Below are positions 10,425 to 24,182 of a stretch of DNA of 64,000 bases, one piece after another. Position numbers and translations under genes: made by a program. Each line of letters opens with the position of its first letter. Position 1 is the stretch's first letter. The notes under the pieces were generated by a model. It searched no databases, was not told where the DNA came from, and saw only the letters and a program-made list of their open reading frames with translations. Origin of the DNA: Squalus acanthias (lineage: Eukaryota); assembly GCA_030390025.1 (NCBI GenBank), contig CM059429.1:56482001-56546000 (forward strand). The letters are read 5' to 3'.

Positions 10425-12381
10425 TTTAATTTATTTGTTTCTGGGATGTGGGCATTGCTGGCAAGGCCAGCATTTATTGCCAGTCCCTAATTGCCCTTGA
10501 AAAGGTGGTGGTGAGCCGCCTTCTTGAACTACTGCAGCCCTTGTGGTGAAGGTACTCCCACAGTGCTGTTAGGGAGGGAGTTCCAGGATTTTGACCCAGT
10601 GACGATGAAGGAACGGTGATATATTTCCAAGTCAGGATGGTGTGTAACTTGGAGGGGAGTTTGCAGGTGAGGGTATTCCCATGCGCCTGCTGTCCTTGTC
10701 CTTCTAGGTGGAAGAGGTCGCGGGTTTGAGAGGTGCTGCCGAAGGAGTCTTGGCGAGTTGTGTAGTGCATCTTGTGGATGGTACACACTGCAGCCATGGT
10801 GCGCTGGTGGTGCAGGGAGTGAATGTTTAAGCTGGAGGATGGGGTGTCAATCAAGCAGACTGCTTTGTCCTGGATGGTGTTGAGCTTCTTGAGTGTTGTT
10901 GGAGCTGCACTCATCCAGGCAAATGGAGAGTATTCCACCACACTCCTAACTTGTGCCTTTTAGATGGTGGAAAGGCTTTGGGGAGTCAGGAGGTGAGACA
11001 CTTGCCGCAGAATACCCAGCCTCCCACCTGCTCTTGTAGCCACAGAACTTATGTGGCTGGTCCAGTTAAGTTTCTGGTCAATGGTGACCCCCAGGATGTT
11101 GATGGTGGGGGATTCACGATGGTAATGCCGTTGAATGTCAAGGGGAAGTGGTTAGACTCTCGCTTGTTGGAGATGGTCATTGCCTGGCCCTTGTGTGGCG
11201 CGAATGTTACTTGCCACTTATCAGCCCAAGCCTCAATGGCGTTCAGGTCTTGCTGCATGCAGGCATGGACTGCTTCATTATCTGAGGAGTTGCGAATGGA
11301 ACTGAACACTGTGCAATCATCAGTGAACATCCCCACTTCTGACCTTATGATGGAGGGAAGGCCATTCATGAAGCAGCTGAAGATGGTTGGGCCTAGGACA
11401 TTGCCTTGAGGAACTCCTGCAGCGATGTCCTGGGCTGAGATGATTGACCTCCAACAACTACAACCATCTTCCTTTGTGCTAGGTATGACTCCAGCCAGTG
11501 GAGAGTATTCTTCCTGATTCCCATTAACTTCAATTTTACTAGCGCTCCTTGATGCCACACTCAGTCAATTGCGGCCTTGATGTCAAGGGCAGTCACTCTC
11601 ACCTTACCTCTGGAATTCAGCTCTTTTGTCCATGTTTGGATGAAGGCTGTAATGAGGTCTGGAGCCGAGTGGTCCTGGCGGAACCCAAACTGAGCATCAG
11701 TGAGCAGGTTATTGGTGAGTAAGTGCCGCTTGATAGCACTGTCGATGACACCTTCCATTACTTGCTGATGATTGAGAGTAGACTGATGGGGCGGTAATTG
11801 GTCGGATTCGATATGTCCTGCTTTTTGTGGACAGGACATACCTGGGCAGTTTTCCACATTGTCGGGTAGATGCCAATGTTGTAGCTGTACTGGAACAGCT
11901 TGGCTAGAGGCGCAGCTAGTTCTGGAGCACAAGTCTTCAGCACGACAGCCAGGATGTTGTCGGGGCCCATAGCCTTTGCTGTATCCAGTGCACTCAGCCG
12001 TTTCTTGATATCACGTGCAGTGAATCGAATTGGCTGAAGACTAGCTTCTGTGATGGTAGGGAGCTCAGGAGGAGGCTGATATGGATCATCCACTCGGCAC
12101 TTCTGGCTGAAGAAGGTTGCAAACGCTTCAGCTTTGTCCTTTGCACTCGCGTGCTGGGCTCTGCTATCATTGAGGATGGGGATATTCATGGAGCCCACTC
12201 CTCCCGTTTGTTGTTTAATTATCCACTGCCATTCATGACTGGATATGACAGGACTGCAGAGCTTTGATCTGATCTGTTGTTTCTATAGCATGCTGCTTCC
12301 GCTGTTTAGCATGCTAGTAGTCCTGTGTTGTAGCTTCCCCAGGTTGGCACCTTATTTTTAGGTATGCCTGGTGCTGCTCCT
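10425..12381 (-). mobile_element. 5'-truncated CR1-clade LINE
   Basis: RT fragments NYRPISLLS, ALDIKAA, GVPQG.LGP, FTDD. Shares its 3' end with the copy at 31311-33817. Confidence 0.9.
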
Positions 12382-12729
12382 GGGGTGGTTATTGGCCGGA
12401 TTATTCTTCAATTTGCATATGATGGGCACTCAATTTGCACCTACTTACCATTCACAGCACTTTCTAATTAATTATGTGGCCTGGGATTCAATTTGCTGCT
12501 TGAGTCCTCCCATCTTGCCTACTTTTGGGTTAATGTGGTCACTGGTTCTACTGTCAACCTGCCTGTTCTCCTGAGAAATGGAAAACCTAATAGGTTTACT
12601 TTGAGATTGCCAGTGAACCTAAGATCACTTATCATGTGAAATTGTAAAATATTCATAAGTTTCAGCTTGGTTCTGTTCCTAGCAAACTGTCCTCTGCCAG
12701 AAAGCTGAGGGTTCAAGACCTACTCAAGG

Positions 12730-13075
12730 AATGACATTTCACTTCAGTACTAAGGGAGTGTTGTATTGTTGGAGGTGTTGTCTTTTGGATGATTTACTTC
12801 TGTCTACTTGTTCTGAAGGTTCAGGTGGCGGTTAACGATCCCATGGTGTAAGTTGAAGAAGAGCAGGGAGTATTTCTGGTGTTCTGGCTAACATTCCTTT
12901 CTCAACCAACAGTACCAATAGCAGCTTAACTCTTCAATCACTCCATTGCTATTTGGGACCTTGCTGTATGATAAATGGTTTACGAGCATAATAACAGTAA
13001 CTGCACAATTTAATTCTTTGTGTGCGAAGTGTTTTCAGACATTTCTGAGAGACGTGATAAGACGCTGTATAATTT
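12730..13075 (+). mobile_element. Deu-domain SINE (SacSINE1/AmnSINE-like), degraded
   Basis: CAGTACTAAGGGAGTG...GATCCCATGG...GAAGAAGAGCAGGGAG...CTCAACCAAC...GGGACCTTGCTG, matching the minus-strand copy at 53725-54023. A further fragment lies at ~13640-13760. Confidence 0.65.
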
Positions 13076-13190
13076 CTTAATAAGTATTTTTTACACACGT
13101 GGTAAATAAGTTATTGAACTCCGTAAGATATTACTGACCAAAGGAATATATGTAATTAGTGATGCTAACAGTTATTCTTCTGCAGACAAT

Positions 13191-13376
13191 GGGGGTGAAA
13201 TTCAACGTTGGCAGGGGCGCAAACCAGGTGGTAGTGGATCGGCCACACATTATACACCATGTCTGATATTCCTTTTCATTGAAGTCGATGGAAAGGAAAA
13301 TTGGGCAGGGTCTATAACGTGTGGCTGATCCACTACTGCCCACTTTGTGCTTCTGCTGAAGTTGAATTTCACCCCC
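13191..13376. mobile_element. Tourist/Harbinger-type MITE (186 bp)
   Basis: Perfect 16 bp TIR GGGGGTGAAATTCAAC / GTTGAATTTCACCCCC; 3 bp TSD AAT. Confidence 0.85.
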
Positions 13377-14604
13377 AATGTTTTTGAAAACCAATTATAA
13401 AAGCAACCTGACAGCTTTCACGCCAACTAGCAGTAAATAAACTCCCACTTCCCTCTGTGGAAGCTGGAGAGTTGTTTTTAAATCACTGTTGATATTAACA
13501 GTGGGTAGTTTTGAATTCAAATGTTATCAGTGCTGCAAATTGTCAGAAAATTACTTATTTTTCTGAGAGGTAGGGACTAAAGAAGGCTAACTGTGAAATA
13601 AAAGTATGCCTAACATCATCTATATGCAAGGCATTCCAGTATAGCAGGGAATTTTTCCAAGCCAACATTCATCCCTGAATCAACACTACCAAAAGAAAGA
13701 CTAACTGATCATTTGTCTCATTGCTGTTCATGGGATCTTACTGTGCACAAAATGACTGACCCAGGGACCATGCACAGGTAGATTGGAAAAGGTGATTGCA
13801 GGGTAAAGCAGTATGGAGCCATGGAGGGCATTCAGGGAAGAGAACGTTCAGCTACAAACTAGGCATTTTCCTTTGAAGGAAAAAGGTCAAGCATCCAAAC
13901 CTAATAGGCCCTGGATGCAAAGGAAATAAAAGTTAAAATAAAAAAATGAGGCTTATGACAAATGGCAGGAGCAAGATTCAGTTATTAACCAGGAAGATTA
14001 TGGAAAATACAGGAGGGAATTGAAAAAGTTAATATGAGAGGTTAAAGTGAACCCTAAAACATTTTATGAACATATAGGGCTCGATTTTCATAGGGCAGTT
14101 GAGGCGGGATTGGAGGCGTGTGGGGGGTTAAAATTGGAAAAAATGGCGGGCGGGCCCGATCCCGCACCCATCCCGCCTCCGCCGAATTTTCCCAGGTGCG
14201 CGTTTTCAGATCCAGTTCCCGACCCGCCTCCAAGAGGTGGGATAGGCCCTTAAGGCCATTGACAAGCTCCTAATTGGCTCCATAATGCCATTTTCACAGG
14301 CCTTTCGGATTTTTACCGGTTTTCCACGTGATGCACACCTCCTCTGAAACATGATGGTGAAACCTGGCGGTTACACATTTGGCTTGCTGCCTTTCAGCTG
14401 CAGCTCCACCATTAAAGAGTAGTTTGGAGCAATCATCATTTGCAGGTGGCAGAACTTAGTTGTTTCAGGTCTGGGGAAACTTTAGCAGGCCTACTCATTG
14501 TTGTGGAAGTTTGGAGCCTGACACCCATCTCCAGTGTGAGCTCCTGGAAAACCCCTCACCCACCCTGACTCAGCACTTCCTCAACTGAGGCATCTACCAG
14601 AAGA

Positions 14605-14769
14605 ATGGGAACCATTCGGTTCCTTTCCTCCTGGACATCAGATGAGGACGAGGAGGAGGAGAGAGAAAACGAACATCTGGCAGAGGCGCATCAACCAACG
14701 GCGGCAATACGCGACACCATTGCTGGCTGGGAGGCAAGGAACGCACTCATCTTGGCCAGATTTGCCTAG
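14605..14769 (+). pseudogene. Harbinger transposase N/C-terminal fusion remnant (54 aa, catalytic domain deleted)
   Basis: MGTIRFLSSWTSDEDEEEE...WEARNALILARFA* matches the N-terminus (MGT..LSSGSSDSEDE) and C-terminus (RDGLIHARFA*) of the transposase in 26074-34330. Confidence 0.75.
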
Positions 14770-15026
14770 CCTAGCCAAGCTACCACTTGTGCCTCACAGC
14801 TTCTTGCCACAGCATCGTTAATGGCCAGGACCCATCGTCTTCCTAGCACGCTGACCATCATTCTGACAACTGCTACTCCTCCTAAGCCCGCAATGTGGAA
14901 GTCCCAATAGCGAGATGACACAGGCCACAACTGCAGCAGTAGCCATCAGATTTTTTATTTACAGGAAGCTACTGATGGCTTATCACAAATAAACATAACA
15001 TTTCACCCAAGTGACAAACCTTGTGA

Positions 15027-16934
15027 CTATTTGTGCAGTTTCTTTCTCTTACACGTGCTTCTACGTGGTGGTTCCCCCTTGGCATCAGCAGATGTGGAGG
15101 CCCCTTGCTCACTCTGTTGCTGCTCCTGTCTCGACACCTTGGGCGGGTGTCCTCTGGGGTGCCGAGCCTGTGAGGGCTCGCCAACAGTCTGCTGCTCCTG
15201 CGGCTGTGCAGGGGTTGGGACGCCGATCTCAGTTGGGTGTGGACTCTGGTGGGGCTCTGACCGAGGACTTGTCAGTGGCATGGAAGTGTGAGCGCTTGGA
15301 GAGGAGCCCCCACTTCCTTGTTCTCTGCCACCATCATCCCTCTCATGGGTCAGGCCCACCTCAGCGCTTGCAAGTGGCTTGAGAGCACCTTGCTGCACAT
15401 CAGGGGGGCCATGGGGACCCGTATCTGCACTGGCAGACCTACTCAGAAGAACTTCCATGAAGGTCTGGTTTCTCTGTTCAATAGATGTCCATCGCTCCTC
15501 CAGAGATGTCATTCTATTCAGAACACTCACCATGTTTTCTGCACTCTGGCGACTTATCACCTCCATGGAGGTTGCCATCCTTTCCATGGTGATGCATTCA
15601 TGCGCCAATGACGCCACAAAGGCTCTGCTCATGTTAGCGAGGGACTCCTCCATTCGCTCCACACTCGCAGCTACCCTAGAGACAAAACCTGCCAGAGACT
15701 CCTGCACCTGTTCCTGGAGTTCCAGCACCGCTGTTCTTCTGGATGGACCCGGAGGCACAGGGTCGACATGCAGCTGAGCCGAGCTGGCAGAGTCCTGCGC
15801 CCTCCGACGAGGACTCTCCACTGCTTTCCCTGTCTCCACCATCTGCTGAGGCTCACTTGTGAGCTGTGATACGCCAGGTGACGACACTACTCTATCTCGC
15901 GAGGGTCCCACCGAGGTGTGAGTGTCTGCGCTGGTGCTGGGTGCTCTGAATTCTACTGATGCTGCGCCCTCAGAGGTTGGAGCTTCCTCTGAGGAGTGTG
16001 GAAGCTCAGGCTCTTCCTCCTGGACAGTGGGGATGGGGGCTTTGGATGGTCCTGTGGGGGAGTAAAGGAGAGTTAGAGATGTGAGGTCATGGTTACATGA
16101 ACATTGAATAGTGAATAGTGCAGATGATCATAAGTCAATCAGTTAGAGCATCAGCTTCATTATCAGTGACTCATGCAATGTCAATGAGAGAGATGCCAAA
16201 CTATTCTGCCACCAGCTTGCTGTGATGCGCCCGTCTGTCCGTCCCCCACTTGTGCATCCTCCTCCACTCCCACAATCTCCAGGGCCGCCTCCTCCGCAGG
16301 GGTGAGCTGGGCTACTGAGGGTGGCCCTCCTCCTGTCCTCGCCCTCTCCCTCTTATTGTGGGCTCTCTTTTCCTGCAATGAGGGACACAAGTGGAAAATG
16401 AAGGAGTGAGTGTAGAGATTCCGTAGCATAGATGCTTAGAAGGAGACAAAGATGGAGTGAAGTGCCAGGACCAAGGGCCCTCCCTGTGTGTTGTAAATTA
16501 TTGTCATAGCATCACAGCAATATGGAGTGTGAGGGCTGCATAGTCGAATAGCTAAGTGAATGTGAACATACAGAGGGAATGGGTAAGGGTGCAGGGATGT
16601 CAGTGTCAAGTGGGATGTGGAGGAAGAGGTTGGCAAAGCAGAATGCTGGTGAGGAGAGGCGATGGTGATCAGATTGAGGGTTAAGGGAAAAGTCATACTC
16701 ACTTTTCCAGTGCGCAGAAGGTCATAAAACCTCTTCCTGCCAGGTTCTGTGGCACATAGACAGAGAATTGACCTCCTGGACCACTTGCATCCACACAGCT
16801 TTAGTCTGCTGAGGAGGCTTTTTCCTCCCCGAGGAAGGGAAGAGCACCTCCTTATTGGATCTGGCTCCCTCCACCAGAGCTTGCAGGGCGGCTTCATCAA
16901 AGCATGGAGCAGACTTTGGCCTGCTGCTGGACAC
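15027..16934 (-). pseudogene. Harbinger Myb/SANT-like DNA-binding protein gene (3 exons), frameshifted
   Basis: Exon 1 'FDEAALQALVEGARSNKEVLF..W..V.QEVN' has an 8 bp deletion before RKRF. Exon 2 EKRAHNKRERARTGGG. Exon 3 is open from 16051 to 15027. Confidence 0.85.
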
Positions 16935-17814
16935 CGTTGCTGAAATAAGGGCTTACAGCAATGGGCATGAAGTTTGTAGTCTGCAGAAGAAGCAAGGCTG
17001 CTTGCAGGCCTTAAATCCAGCAGCATTGATGACATCATCGGAGGCGACTTTCAGGATGGAAAGACTAATTGGGCCAGGGGTTCCCACACGCTGGAAATCA
17101 AGTGTCCAATTAGGGGAAAATCGCAATTTTTCCCCACATCTCATTGGAGTCAGGTGGCTAACACGAAAACCAGCTGACACGCCCCCAGCCCGCCCCAATG
17201 GCAAAATCGAGCCCAAAGTATTTGTTTAATTTCTCTGCCATTTCCTTATTCCCCATTATAATTTCTCCTGTCTCAGCCTGTAAGGGACCCATATTTACTT
17301 TCGCTAATCTTTTCCTTCTTACCAGGGGCCAGTGGTGAGTAAATGAACTATTCCTGAAGTTGACCTCAGTTGAAAAAATCTTTAACGTTTTATAATAGGT
17401 GGGGATAGGAAGAAACTGTTCTATTAGTTGACTGGATTGCTCTACAGAGAACCTTCACGGACTCGATGGGCCGAATGGCCTCCTTCTGTGCCGTTATGAC
17501 TCTATTTAGCGAGCTTATGATGGTAAAAAAAATGGTGTCCGCTCTTGGGTATTACAGCTCAGTCAGTCCAAGTTTAAGTAATCGGAGTATAGGGATACCC
17601 ATTGTGTCAAAATCGACCGGTATCCATTCTGCTATGATCAATATATCCCTTTATATTTTCAATGACAGAACGTCACCTGAGATATACGATTCATAATATA
17701 GCCAATATTTTTATATTAAAGTTTTGCTGTATAATATTATTATTGGCAATTAAGGTGCAATTAAGGCCAGAATATGAAATGAAATTATTTAGATCATTGT
17801 TCACTTCTTCACTC

Positions 17815-19124
<1,310 letters not shown>

Positions 19125-20809
19125 CAAAACTCGATTGGGGGATGAAATGCAGATTGTTTTATCACAACATGACCAATTGGGGAACAAAAACACTGACCTT
19201 TTCGTGTATGTGCTTTCATCCAATACTGCTGCATGTCGAGACGAAAGGAAACGACCCAGTGCCCGAATTCCTTCACTCAACACCTTGCCCTTTACGTCAA
19301 ACCTAAAGTATTTAGAATGACTGATGTTTAGCTTGTGGGTGAAATAACCAGTTACGATATGTAGATGTGTATCCAATGGCTGTCTATGCTTGTACTAATA
19401 ACGGATATTGCGTGCATTGTATTGTGTTGAAATGTACATGTTCGAATTGTACCATAAGTGAAATCTGCATCATTAGATTTTGATGATGAAAGAATATAAT
19501 ATATGTACAGTTAAAAAAAATACTGATAGACGCGGTTGCTTAAAGTCACTAAATTGTGGGCCCTGGTTTCCTGAATTATGAGTCACAAGGACATTAGGGA
19601 GTCTTGGCGAGATAAAAGGTTTCGTTATGGGATTAGGTTGCTAACAATACAGCCGACCACTGATATCCCTTGTAGACAATGGCTCCTTTTCTAGACGGAC
19701 TGCAGACTAATCAAGACTAATGGATGTCACGAAGGCCCTTTTAAATCTGAACAATATTTTATAAATAGATGTACTGTAGTTCAATCGCATCGAGTCAAAT
19801 AGTGGCTGTTGAAAAATCTGATAATTGGTTACACAAAACACCAAAGGCCATATATGCCATTGATTCAGACAAGAGCATTCACATATCAGAATACATCCAT
19901 TTATGTGTATTAGTCACCAGGAAGTATTATTTGGAATTATGGTAATGTTAATACATAAATATAACATATATACATCGTTGGGTAACCACAGTTCTCACGA
20001 GACGGGCAATAGATGTGTAAGAAATTAGCCCACAGGAGCCTTAAAAGTGTAAGACAGCAAATTGTAAATTGATAAAATTGTGGAAATATTGAAGATAAAA
20101 TGGAAGCTGGAGCATATGTTCGCATTGGCCTTAAAGCATCCACGTGGATTTAAATGAAAGGATAAGATTTCAAAACAAGCACGGCAAAATGTGAACCATA
20201 CATTAATTTTGAGTTCCTGACAAATCTACTGAAACAATCTCTCCTAAGTTGAAGTTGCAGTATTATATTCATTTCTCTGACTCGTTAGAGGCCGAAAGGA
20301 TGGCCTGTGACCAAGTAAAGGGTTTCTGTCTTAATTTCTGGAATAACTACATCTCAATAATTACATTTTCATTTTAAAGTTGAGATCATTTTTCTAATTG
20401 GCCATTGGCTCGGTTGGACGAACATTGTTCCTTTCTGAATTTGTAGATTGAACTAAAATGGAAAAGGAACGTTGAAGCTGGAATGCAAGTGTGAGATGAT
20501 GCAAATGAAGAAATGTTCTTTAAACTGATGCATCCCTCTTCGAAATTTGTACAAATTAAAACTGACTCTGGAAGCAAACACGCGCCTAAATGTACACATG
20601 TCTGTGATTGGCCGATCTACTGAGGACTGACGATAGGAAGCCAATCAGACTGGTGGGAGCCGAGCCGCCCAAATGTTTTCACAGTCTCTGAACTGTGGCC
20701 TTTCAAGTGATTATTTTATAAGCACTGTATAATTCAGGACGTTTGTGATAATCTATAAGAAACGACCCATTATGAGAATTATGGTCAAACCAGTGGGATA
20801 AAGATTGGT

Positions 20810-21190
20810 TTCCCTAATGGCTCAGGGAGTTTATCCAGATTACATACAGCAGTTGAAGTATACAGACTAGGAGTATTCTCGGTTGGATTCCCGGTCAGCT
20901 TCGAGTTAGCTGATTTTAACTAGGACAGTAGTAAGGTCTATACTGGTCTTAGCATCCCTGGGTTAGGGAGGGAAAAGTGAGCCAATGGTCCTGCTTTTGA
21001 TTGCTATCGACTAGCCCTCCTGCTGACTAAGTGTGTGTGTGTATGAGACAGAGAGAAAGAAAGGGCAGGATTAGGCTTGGTTATGATGTCCCCGTGGTTG
21101 AATGGTCTACCAAAAAATTAAGAATGGCCATTTGGACCAGGTACTGAAGGGAGCCTAGTACCCATGGAACCATGCCATAACAACGAATCA
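20810..21190 (+). mobile_element. Degraded tRNA-derived SINE
   Basis: A-box-like TGGCTCAG and B-box-like GGTTGGATTCCC, followed by a body recalled from a common elasmobranch SINE (GAGTTAGCTGAT...CCCTGGGTTAGGGAGGGAAAA...AAGAATGGCCA). Confidence 0.55.
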
Positions 21191-21351
21191 ATGCCTTCGG
21201 GGAGGAGGAAAGAGAAATTAGTGAGAAGTTTCTAGCTATATTTCCTACCAGTTCCTGATATTTTCTGAATCACAGTAATCTTGAAATTATGCCCTGCTGT
21301 GGGATACTAGCGTATGAATGCTGAACGCTGAATGCTGAAACTTGGATCTAG

Positions 21352-21556
21352 AATGCACTGCCTGACAGGGTGGTAGAGGAAGACTCAATCGTGGCTTTCA
21401 AAAGGGAATTGGATAAGTACCTGAAGGAAAAATAATTGCAGGGCTACAGACCGGGGAAAGGGCGGGGAGTGGGACTAGCTGAAGTGCTCTGACAGAGAGC
21501 CGGCAAGGATCGGTGGGCCGAATGGCCTCCTTTGTGTTGTCACCATTCTATGATTC
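21352..21556 (+). mobile_element. CR1/HER1 LINE 3' end
   Basis: AATGCACTGCCTGACAGGGTGG...GGGCCGAATGGCCTCCTT...TTCTATGATTCT. Similar short tails at ~17440-17505 and 24185-24316. Confidence 0.8.
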
Positions 21557-24000
21557 TCTGAATGCATCGGTTTTAAATTCCTCTCTGCTATTTTAGCGGA
21601 CAAATAACACAGTTTAAAATAAATAGATTGTCTCTCCCCTAAAGTAGTGGAAAGAGCAATTTCCCAGGTGTGCGTTAAGCGTTTGTAGGCTAGTATCCTA
21701 CTATTTGATTTCAAGGCGAGGGTCTTTTGAAGTCTAAGAAAATATGCCTTATGCAGAACTGAGATAGCAAAATTCAAAAGTTAGCTGATGAAAACGAAAT
21801 TTTGTTTCCAAGATGTTATAACTTGGCCTTTGTATGGTATTTCCATTACCGTCAAATAAATGTTAGTGACATCAACGGAATCGCCTTTATTTAACTGCTG
21901 TAAGTGCACTAAATGTAAGCGATATTTATGCAAAACGTTATTCTCAGTTTCTTATATTTCTGCCGCTCTTGTGTTGCCAGCCTTCGAAATAACAGCATCA
22001 TATCTTCGTTCTGAATGTACATTATACCAATAAAGTTAAAGTGATGGATGTGATTGTTAGGTATTAGCCAAACCCATATTCCGGATATATGGTGAATAAA
22101 GGGCTTGAGAAGTTTATGATGCAGCTCTATACTATTACAGGCACGGTTTTTCGCAGCACGTTGGTGGAGTTCAACACTTTAAAGGGTTTAGAATTAGTTC
22201 TTTAAAGATACAGGCGGTGAGAGGTGGAGCAAACCCGTTGGGCTTTGTAAGAAAAAGTGAATTATTTCGTTCAGAATACTGCGGAGATCCACTCGTGCAT
22301 TTGTATTTTGACACTAGCACAATGAGCTCTTTCTAATTTGTAAATGGGTCAAGAGTTTTTGCACAGGGTTGTGTTGGTATAGTAAACACTGCTTTCAGTA
22401 TGACAACTGTTTTTCAATCTAAGTATAGAAATGGGTGTTACTAAAAGACAACACTTGGTATTAAATGAGTATAAATTGCACATACTAGATATTTCAATTT
22501 CTAAATACAAATGTCAAACTTGTGTAAGGTATTAGCTAGAAACAACATAAAATTCAACTTTACGGATTGAATCTAGGCTGGCCTAGATGGCTTTTTTAAA
22601 AAGTGTTTCTCCCTCTTTCGATCGCTAATTGTGTAAGGTATTCTTTGCTTTTACTATCCTCTCAGTTAGCCAAAATAACTGGAAGTTGCAGGGAGAAGTA
22701 AGGTTAACAGAAAATATGTATTGCTTGGGTATTTTCAACTGCACTCATACTGTTACTGGAACATTAAAATTTAAAAGTTAGAATTAAGAATGACAAGTGG
22801 TGGTGTCAATTGTTTATCGGGAGGGGGTTACAGATTATTGTGTAAAGCGGATACGAGATTACTATATTCAGATTATCCCGTTACATCCTATTAGCATCTT
22901 TAAAGCGGATACAGTTGGGATGTCCGTTATTGCTCAAATGCCCAGCGTGGAATCAATTTTGATCCAGAAAATGCAGGGAAGTAAGCAATTGCATTAAACC
23001 TATTTATTTATTTTAACTTTTTTATCCATGGTTGCCAATTTTTTTTAAATGGCGTGTGACCTTTAAAACAATAAATAACACAATTCAAACGTCTGACAAA
23101 TAATGATGCAAAAGATCCCTTTAAAAATATAACATTCCTACCAAATGTTCTTTTACATAATTGTATCCTATGATATCGTTCATAATAAAAGTCCTATGAT
23201 CTATACTTTTTAACTAAGGGAAGATTTCTACTACATAGGACAATTAAACTAAAAGTCGGAGAATGGTCATATACTTTAATGAGGAAGTTTACAGATTCGT
23301 GTAGGACTCAGAGAAAGGTATGGGAGCCCAAATAGGAGTGGTGGAGTTAAGAATATTTAGCGTTTCAAGTAGACAATAAATTCAGCAGAATTAGTATACA
23401 CATCTAAGACACCTCTGTTACTCACAAAAATAGTAAATAGTTGTTACTGTCTCTTAAGTAATACAGTAGTATGCTTTTATAGTGAAACTGTTTTAGAGAG
23501 AGCAACATAGAATTTTTATCTGTCAGGGCTGGTTGATTAATACTGAATAGATTGAATGAAACTTCGAAAGCAATCGGTTGAAATTAAGTTACAGCAAACA
23601 GTCTGCCAAATAGAAATTTTTACTGCTGTATTCGCAGTATTTACCAAGGAGTGATTTAAAAATTCTTTCTAAAGAATAATTTACATTCTGTTTCTGAAAA
23701 TTGTCAGCCTCAATTTCCATTTCTGAAACTGACAGCCTACTTAGCCTAAAATATTACAAACCCAAGATTGTTTCCTGTAGCTAAACTGGAATGAAGACTT
23801 TTAGAAAGTGTAATTCATAGTCAATTGGTGTACACACATAAGTTTATAACTTATATAGTACAACAAAGGGGATCTCTATGCTAATTTTCCTGAATCTAAT
23901 GTTTAATTGGAGAACTAAATACTCTGAAATCTACTAATACTTCTACTTGGTGTAAATTCAGCTGAGATTTTGGTACGGGAACAAAGCAAACACTGATGCT

Positions 24001-24182
24001 CATTTAATTCAGATCCCAGGTGATCTGACTTCCTGAGTTTACACTATTAAATCCAGCTCCTATGTCCCATAGAACCATGGATCTATGAATGAGTAGGTCC
24101 ATGATTCTACCACTGTGATAAGAGAGCTGGATTTAGTAATGTAAACCTAGAGACGAGTTCATAGAATTAAGCTAAATTAATG
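24001..24182. repeat. Imperfect ~180 bp palindrome (old MITE-like hairpin)
   Basis: GTTTACACTATTAAATCCAGCTC pairs with GAGCTGGATTTAGTAATGTAAAC; TAGAACCATGGATCTA pairs with TAGGTCCATGATTCTA. Confidence 0.7.

Larger units (their letters stand above)
14077..17214. mobile_element. Non-autonomous Harbinger (family A, copy 1): Myb/SANT gene kept, transposase deleted
   Basis: 12 bp TIR GGGCTCGATTTT / AAAATCGAGCCC. Flanks ATA/AAA. Collinear with 46333-49561. Confidence 0.9.
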
